DNA of 12,502 nt from an uncultured bacterium. GTDB taxonomy: Bacteria; Schekmanbacteria; GWA2-38-11; J061. The position numbers and the translations under genes are program-made. Shown piece by piece: positions 7,289 through 12,502 of this stretch. How positions within the stretch are numbered: the stretch's first letter is position 1; each line of letters starts with the position of its first letter. Under the pieces are notes generated by a model that had not been told where the DNA came from, searched no databases, and saw nothing but the letters and a program-made list of their open reading frames with translations. The stretch is taken from contig CAZJVM010000073.1 of the NCBI GenBank assembly GCA_964549305.1, positions 1 through 12,502 of the forward strand. The letters run 5' to 3'.

Positions 7289-8572
7289 TTATTTTATCAG
7301 ATTCCTCATTAGGGCAATGTTTTTTTCCGTGGCACCGCTGTTTTCTTCAAATACCTTTTTGCAATTTTTATTTATCTTTTCCAAATAGGATTTGTCGGAT
7401 ATGAGCTCTGACATTTTTTTGAGGATTTCATTCTTTTCCGACATCTGAAATCCCGCATTGTTTTCAAGTATGATTGACGCGATATCCCTGAAGTTGTGCA
7501 TATGAGGTCCGAAAAGTACGGGCTTGTTGAAAACCGACGCTTCGAGAGGATTATGCCCTCCCACAGGCACGAGACTTCCTCCCATAAAGGCAATGTGGCA
7601 GATGCTGAAAATCATATATAACTCTCCCACTGAGTCGAGAAGAAGAACGTTGTAGTCACTGTCTGTGTTTTTGTCCAAAGTTGTCCTTCGAGCGTATTGT
7701 ATTTTCTCTTTTTCAATTAATTCCGCTGCCTCATTAAATCTTTCCGGATGCCTCGGCGCAATGACGAGAAACAAACCGGTGACATCCTTTTGAAGATTCC
7801 TGAAGACATCTAAGAGTATTTCCTCCTCGCCATCATGAGTGCTTGCAAAAACAATGACGAATTTATCCTCAGGAATTCTGAATTTCCTTCTGACTTCATC
7901 ACTGTCGATTGTGGAAGATGATGCAAGTGCCTGGTCGAATTTCATATTACCGGAGGTTTTGACCTTTTCTTCCGGCGCGCCGAGTTTTTTTATCCTTTCG
8001 GCGTCGGAGGATGTCTGCATGCTGAATAGTGTTATGTCCGAGAGAATTCTTCTGATTATGGGACCCAGCTTCCTGTAACCGCGAAATGACTTGTCGGAAA
8101 TCCTTCCGTTTGAAGTCATTACGGGAATATTGCTTTCGCGGCATATACGCAAAAAGTTTGGCCATATCTCGGTTTCAATCAGTATGCAAATGTCAGGGTT
8201 TACTCTGCCGATTGCGCGCTTTACGGAAAATGAAAAATCGAGAGGGAAATAAAAGATAGATTTTGCTGTCTTAATCTGCTTTTGAGCGGTTTTTTGTCCC
8301 GTCGCAGTTGTGGTTGAAAAGAATATTTCCGCGTTTTCGACCTTTTTACTTATCTCCCCGGCGAGAAAAGATGCCGCCATTGTCTCCCCCACTGAAACGG
8401 CGTGTATCCATATCCTTTTTGCCTCTCCCTTTTCGGGGAGTTTCTCTTTATATATGCCCAGTCTTTCCTTCAATCCCGCCCTGTATTTTTCAGTGGTGAA
8501 AAACTTAAAAAGAAAAAAGGGGGACGCGAGGATAAAGAATATCCACGTAAAGAATTCGTATATGATGTACAT
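7289..8572 (-). CDS. waaA: 3-deoxy-D-manno-octulosonic acid (Kdo) transferase, GT30
   Basis: 427 aa. N-terminal TM helix, IWIHAVSVGE, YFPLD, ETEIWPN, NGRISDKS, GNMKFD, ASTHDGEE, APRHPERF, GGSLVPVGGHNPLE, GPHMHNF. Confidence 0.96.
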   Translation of the reverse strand: MYIIYEFFTWIFFILASPFFLFKFFTTEKYRAGLKERLGIYKEKLPEKGEAKRIWIHAVSVGETMAASFLAGEISKKVENAEIFFSTTTATGQKTAQKQIKTAKSIFYFPLDFSFSVKRAIGRVNPDICILIETEIWPNFLRICRESNIPVMTSNGRISDKSFRGYRKLGPIIRRILSDITLFSMQTSSDAERIKKLGAPEEKVKTSGNMKFDQALASSSTIDSDEVRRKFRIPEDKFVIVFASTHDGEEEILLDVFRNLQKDVTGLFLVIAPRHPERFNEAAELIEKEKIQYARRTTLDKNTDSDYNVLLLDSVGELYMIFSICHIAFMGGSLVPVGGHNPLEASVFNKPVLFGPHMHNFRDIASIILENNAGFQMSEKNEILKKMSELISDKSYLEKINKNCKKVFEENSGATEKNIALMRNLIK

Positions 8573-8609
8573 TTTTATGAATTTGTTTTTTGAAGAGTAG
8601 ATTTTCTAA

Positions 8610-8638
8610 TTAATATCAGAAAGATTGGGCGATGGCAA
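8610..8638 (-). promoter_or_regulatory. Candidate sigma70 promoter of the LPS operon
   Basis: Minus strand TTGCCA (8638-8633), 17 nt, TATTAA (8615-8610), with an extended -10 TG (TGaTATTAA). Ends 37 nt upstream of the waaA ATG. Consensus match only. Confidence 0.45.
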
Positions 8639-8675
8639 TTTAAAACGCTGTAATAAGAGAAACGATAAAAAAGTA

Positions 8676-8703
8676 TCGACAATAATTTCTTATATGTCAT
8701 CAT
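8676..8703 (+). promoter_or_regulatory. Candidate sigma70 promoter of the Lon-like protease gene
   Basis: TCGACA (8676-8681), 16 nt, CATCAT (8698-8703) preceded by TG (8695-8696). A weak match in AT-rich DNA. Confidence 0.3.
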
Positions 8704-8733
8704 AGTGATGGAAAAATAGAACATATAATTCAT

Positions 8734-8739
8734 AAGGAG
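8734..8739 (+). promoter_or_regulatory. Shine-Dalgarno site of the Lon-like protease gene
   Basis: AAGGAG 6 nt before ATG 8746. Confidence 0.8.
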
Positions 8740-8745
8740 AAGAAG

Positions 8746-11196
8746 ATGTCCGTACCGAAGAAGTTTCGTGTTTCGCCTGAAAAACTGAGATGGGAATGCA
8801 AACTGGAAGGCACAAGCTTTAAGGGACTCGAGAAACTCGAACCCGCGGCGGGAATTATAGGGCAGGACAGGGCGCTCAAAGCCCTTAAACTGGGACTTGA
8901 ATTATACGGGTCGGGATACAACGTTTTTGTAACGGGGTTGACAGGCACAGGCAGACGTACTTCGGTACAGGGAATACTTGAAAAAATAAGCCCGAAATGC
9001 AGTATCTTCTATGACCGCGTTTATGTTTACAACTTCAACTCTCCCGACCATCCTTCGCTTTTGACTCTTCCCGTAGGCAAGGGGAAAAAATTTGTGAAAT
9101 CAATGAAGGATTTCATAAGCTATCTCAAAAAGAATGTCTCTCTTATTCTCGAAAAAGAGGCAATCGTAAAGAAAAAACAGGCAGTGGGAAAGAAGTTTCA
9201 GGACGAGGAAAGAAGAATAGTCGCCGCATTCGAGGAGAAAGTCAAAAAGGAAGAGTTTGTCATCGGTCAGGTTCAGGTAGGGGAGATGTCCGTTCCCGAT
9301 ATACTGTTTGTTGTGGAAGATAAAGCTTATCCCTTTGTGAATGTGGAATCTCTTCTTGCCGAGGGGAAAATCGACAGGAAGAGATATGACCGTATTCAAA
9401 AAAAATATCCGGAACTCAAGGATGAATTGAGAAAAATATTTCAGCACGTGAACAATCTGAATATGGAAATGACGGAAAAAATTAATGAAGTAGAAAGAGA
9501 AAGCTGTATCAGCATAATTGAGGGTTTCGCGGATAATATGAAGAAGGAATTCAGTGACGCTAAGATAGACGCCTATCTCGATTGTGTAAAGGAAAGCATA
9601 CTTGATGATATTGACCTCTTTAAAGGCGCAGGCGCAAAAAAGAATAATAATTCCGGAGGTCTTCAGCTTAATCTGGGAGAGGAGTTGTCTGTCAATCCAT
9701 TCGTTAAATATGAAGCCAACCTTATCATAGACAATTCAAAACAGAAAAGCTGTCCCATAATTATCGAACCCTCGCCTACAATCGCGACGCTATTCGGCAC
9801 TATTGAAAGGGAGATGACAAGGTCGGGAGGCATTTATAGCGATTTCACTAAAATCAAGGCGGGTTCTCTCCTCAGGGCAGACGGCGGTTATCTTGTCCTC
9901 AACGCAAGTGATGTTTTTCTAACTCCCATGGTTTGGCCAATGCTCAAAAGAGTCTTGAAAACATCCAGACTCGAAATTCAGTCACCGCCTTCAATGTTTC
10001 AGGCGGAATCCCTCGCAATCAAGCCGGAATCCATCGATGTCAATGTAAAAGTAGTGATGATAGGGGAATCGGATATATATGAAACGCTCTATGCTTATGA
10101 AGAGGATTTCAGCAAGGTATTCAAGGTCAAGGCGGAATTTGATTCAAAAATAGACTTGAACAAGAAGAATATAAAACTCTTTCTGTCCGTCATTGCCAAA
10201 GTATGCAAAGATAAAAAACTTGCAGGGATAAAGACGGAAGCCCTTGAAAGCGTTATTGAATACGGAGTGAGAAGGGCAGGGGCAAGAGGGAAGGTTACGA
10301 CGAGATTCAGCGAGATTGAAGATATTCTCCTTCAGGCGGATTACTGGAGACAGCAGGACGGTGAAAAGCTGATTGGCGCAAAGCATATTGACGATGCGAT
10401 AGATAACGCGCAGGAGAGGCACAATCTCACGGAAGTGCGACTTAGGGAAATGATAGAAAAGGGCGTTATAATTATTGACAGTGAAGATTTTAAAGTCGGC
10501 GAGGTAAACGGACTTGCCGTTTACAGTATGGGCGCCTATTCATTCGGAAAGCCATCGAAGATTACTGTCGCCGTATCAGTAGGCAGAGGCGGTATAGTTA
10601 ACATTGAGAGAGAGGCAAAGCTCAGCGGAAAGACTCACGACAAGGGCATCCTCATCCTGACCGGCTATCTGCGTGAAAAATTCGCTCAGGATATGCCTCT
10701 TAATCTTTACGCAAGCATCTGTTTTGAACAATCATACAGCGGAATCGACGGTGACAGCGCCTCAAGCACGGAACTTTACGCGCTTCTTTCAAGTCTCTCA
10801 GGAGTTCCTATCAATCAGGGAATTGCCGTTACCGGGTCGGTAAATCAAAAAGGGTTTGTCCAGCCCATAGGAGGCGTTAACGAAAAAATCGAGGGATTTT
10901 ATGAAATCTGCAAGTCGAGGGGGTTTACGGGAAAGCAGGGGGTGATGATACCGGTGCAGAACACGGACGACCTTATGCTTGACAGGGAGATTGTAAAAAG
11001 CGTCAGAGAAGGGGAATTCCATATCTACGCGGTAAGCCATATTGAAGAGGGAATAGAAATACTTACCGGCGTGAAAGCCGGAAAGGTAAAGTCCGATGGC
11101 TCTTTTTCTAAAAATAGTATAAACCAACTTGTCAAGGAAAGGTTGCTGAATTTTTCGCGCTCTGCTGTGATTGCGGATGATAACGACTCAAAATAA
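8746..11196 (+). CDS. Lon-like protease (peptidase S16, LonC/YcbZ type) with a degenerate AAA-like module and a large helical insertion
   Basis: 816 aa. IIGQDRAL..L.LGL...GYNVFVTG N-terminus, IKAGSLLRADGGYLVL, FKVKAEFD, GEVNGLAV, NIEREAKLSGKTHDKG, FEQSYSGIDGDSASSTE (Ser671, nt 10756) and QPIGGVNEKIEGF (Lys714, nt 10885). The 43-residue Ser-Lys spacing equals that of canonical Lon. No LonA N-domain and no LonB transmembrane segments are visible. Confidence 0.92.
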   Translation: MSVPKKFRVSPEKLRWECKLEGTSFKGLEKLEPAAGIIGQDRALKALKLGLELYGSGYNVFVTGLTGTGRRTSVQGILEKISPKCSIFYDRVYVYNFNSPDHPSLLTLPVGKGKKFVKSMKDFISYLKKNVSLILEKEAIVKKKQAVGKKFQDEERRIVAAFEEKVKKEEFVIGQVQVGEMSVPDILFVVEDKAYPFVNVESLLAEGKIDRKRYDRIQKKYPELKDELRKIFQHVNNLNMEMTEKINEVERESCISIIEGFADNMKKEFSDAKIDAYLDCVKESILDDIDLFKGAGAKKNNNSGGLQLNLGEELSVNPFVKYEANLIIDNSKQKSCPIIIEPSPTIATLFGTIEREMTRSGGIYSDFTKIKAGSLLRADGGYLVLNASDVFLTPMVWPMLKRVLKTSRLEIQSPPSMFQAESLAIKPESIDVNVKVVMIGESDIYETLYAYEEDFSKVFKVKAEFDSKIDLNKKNIKLFLSVIAKVCKDKKLAGIKTEALESVIEYGVRRAGARGKVTTRFSEIEDILLQADYWRQQDGEKLIGAKHIDDAIDNAQERHNLTEVRLREMIEKGVIIIDSEDFKVGEVNGLAVYSMGAYSFGKPSKITVAVSVGRGGIVNIEREAKLSGKTHDKGILILTGYLREKFAQDMPLNLYASICFEQSYSGIDGDSASSTELYALLSSLSGVPINQGIAVTGSVNQKGFVQPIGGVNEKIEGFYEICKSRGFTGKQGVMIPVQNTDDLMLDREIVKSVREGEFHIYAVSHIEEGIEILTGVKAGKVKSDGSFSKNSINQLVKERLLNFSRSAVIADDNDSK

Positions 11197-11232
11197 TTTT
11201 AGATGTATGTGACAAATCTTGAAAGGAAGACA

Positions 11233-12502
11233 ATGGAAAAGCTGTTTGATGCCCGAAAAAGTAATGACGGAAGTTTGTTGAGATACCTTTGCGCTCTATT
11301 TCTTGTTTTGTCTTTTCTGCCTTTGCACAGTGCCGACGCAAAGAAAAAGTCAACGCTCTATGTGAAGGTTTATAAAAATGTAAAGGGCAAGAAAAAAGCT
11401 TTGAAAAAAGCTGAAGTCGAAATTATGAGAGTTGACAAGGAATCATTCATTAAAACGGCAAAAACAAACAGCAAGGGGAAAGCTGTATTTAAGAAACTTA
11501 AAAGAGGGAAAAAATACACGGCTTATGTTCAGCGCACGAATTATACATTCTCTAAATCTGAAAAGAAATTTAAAATAAAAAAATCAAAAAAGACGGTCTC
11601 CTTTATTGGCGTGAAGGATGAGGAAGAACCTGTTGCTCCGATGACGAAACCGGCGACTGCGCTGATTAGAGTTAACGGAAATAGTGACGATGACAGATAT
11701 TTTGATTTTTCAAAGGGAGAGAATCTCCAGAGCAGTTATGATGTATATCTCGGCGGCAATTGGTTTAATAATAATTTTATGGGGGATATTAACGTTTCCG
11801 TTGTTACGTCGTCAGCTCAAACCTGGAAGGATGCCGACACTGCGCCTGAAAGCGGTTACGGTGATTCTGAAAATATCAATTCCGTGGATGTGGAGAAGAA
11901 TGCAATCTATTTTGTGAAAACAAAAGAAGGGAATTATGCCAAATTTATGGTGCGAAGCGCAAGCGACCTGGGAGAAGTGGTAATTGACTGGTTTTATCAG
12001 TCAGACGGGAGCAGAACATTTCCCTCTGATTCGACTGCGCCTGAAATAGCATCTGTAACACCTGCGGAGAATGCAACTGATGTTGCCATTGCAACGGAGT
12101 TCATTGTGAAGTTTGATGAACCTATTACAAACACATATATATTGTCTGCAGAGATTGAAGGAGGAAGCAAATCATTATCTTTTAATTACGGAAGTTATGA
12201 TTATGCTGAAAACAGTCTCATCCTCCCTTTATCAACTAATCTTGAACATGATACTCTTTACACCGTTACCATAAAAGCTCCGTCTAATTATCCCGACGAT
12301 TATTATGTCGAAGACCTTTCAGGAAACAAACTCATTCTTGATAAAACGTGGTCATTTACGACTGAAAGCGCATCTGCGGATTATCCCGGGGAAATAGTGT
12401 TCGTTCATTACTTTAATGATGAGATATGGAAAATGGATGCCACAGGCGCAAATGAAACAAAAATTTACGGAGACCCGAATTCGGTTTTTTATTCAAAGAT
12501 TT
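11233..12502 (+). CDS. Secreted multidomain surface protein (signal peptide, Lys-rich beta domain, HmuY-like domain, Big_5-type Ig domain, start of TolB-like propeller); 3' end outside the window
   Basis: Not in the ORF track because it has no stop in the window. The frame is open from ATG 11203 to 12502. ATG 11233 has SD-like AAAGGA at 11222-11227; TTG 11275/11278 are alternative starts. Signal peptide ...LLRYLCALFLVLSFLPLHSADA|KKK (AxA site, cleavage after 11340). Ig-like segment DSTAPEIASVTPAENATDVAI...IVKFDEPI...LEHDTLYTVTI...VEDLSGNKL...WSFTT (12028-12363). Confidence is high for the ORF and lower for the domain calls. Confidence 0.85.
   Translation, partial: MEKLFDARKSNDGSLLRYLCALFLVLSFLPLHSADAKKKSTLYVKVYKNVKGKKKALKKAEVEIMRVDKESFIKTAKTNSKGKAVFKKLKRGKKYTAYVQRTNYTFSKSEKKFKIKKSKKTVSFIGVKDEEEPVAPMTKPATALIRVNGNSDDDRYFDFSKGENLQSSYDVYLGGNWFNNNFMGDINVSVVTSSAQTWKDADTAPESGYGDSENINSVDVEKNAIYFVKTKEGNYAKFMVRSASDLGEVVIDWFYQSDGSRTFPSDSTAPEIASVTPAENATDVAIATEFIVKFDEPITNTYILSAEIEGGSKSLSFNYGSYDYAENSLILPLSTNLEHDTLYTVTIKAPSNYPDDYYVEDLSGNKLILDKTWSFTTESASADYPGEIVFVHYFNDEIWKMDATGANETKIYGDPNSVFYSKI

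Noticed and set aside
5922..8600. Alternative-frame or antisense ORFs in lpxL, lpxK and waaA (5922-6146, 6782-7036, 7372-7593, 7839-8078, 7947-8165, 8308-8499, 8310-8600, 8402-8593)
   Set aside because: Almost entirely nested within conserved genes, with no independent coding evidence.
8724..8729. Perfect TATAAT just upstream of the protease gene
   Set aside because: No -35 or extended -10 at a proper distance, and the implied start site would fall inside the SD at 8734-8739.
8730..11353. Minus-strand ORFs 8730-8948, 9100-9447, 10144-10422, 10798-11127 and 11132-11353
   Set aside because: Antisense shadows of the protease and the secreted-protein gene.
11684..11917. 77-aa plus-strand ORF with a hydrophobic stretch resembling a small membrane protein
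   Set aside because: It lies in another frame inside the long open frame 11233->12502, which has coherent domain motifs. The hydrophobic run is best explained as a frame artefact.
11839..12046. 13-bp exact direct repeat ACTGCGCCTGAAA (11839-11851 and 12034-12046), both copies encoding TAPE
   Set aside because: Only two short in-frame copies, each explained by protein motifs (APESGY and the Ig-domain TAP start). It is not an array or target-site duplication, though microhomology from domain shuffling cannot be excluded.
1..12502. Search for CRISPR arrays, tRNA/rRNA, IS or integrase genes, defence genes and long phase-variable tracts
   Set aside because: None recognised by eye. Coding density is near complete, and the homopolymer runs seen are short (about 9 nt or less) and do not break frames.

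Overview
Bacterial (Gram-negative type) chromosomal window with two divergent units. The minus strand (8572 down to 1) carries a compact lipid A/inner-core LPS operon: waaA, lpxK, lpxL-like acyltransferase, waaF-like GT9, gmhB, hldA (rfaE1), hldC (rfaE2), a 56-aa Trm112/YcaR-like zinc protein, a GT2 and a GT4 that runs off the left edge. The Trm112-like gene and the GT4 are absent from the supplied ORF track. After a 173-bp AT-rich divergent intergenic region, the plus strand carries a Lon-like (LonC/YcbZ type) S16 protease with an intact Ser-Lys dyad but degenerate Walker motifs. It is followed closely by a secreted multidomain protein, also absent from the track and truncated by the right edge. 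That protein has a signal peptide, a very Lys-rich beta domain, an HmuY-like domain, a Big_5-type Ig domain and the apparent start of a TolB-like propeller. Most of the window is housekeeping. The secreted protein, its pairing with the LonC-type protease, and the Trm112-like gene inside the LPS operon are the best novelty candidates. No RNA genes, CRISPR arrays or mobile elements were recognised. All family calls come from reading motifs by eye, not from database searches.
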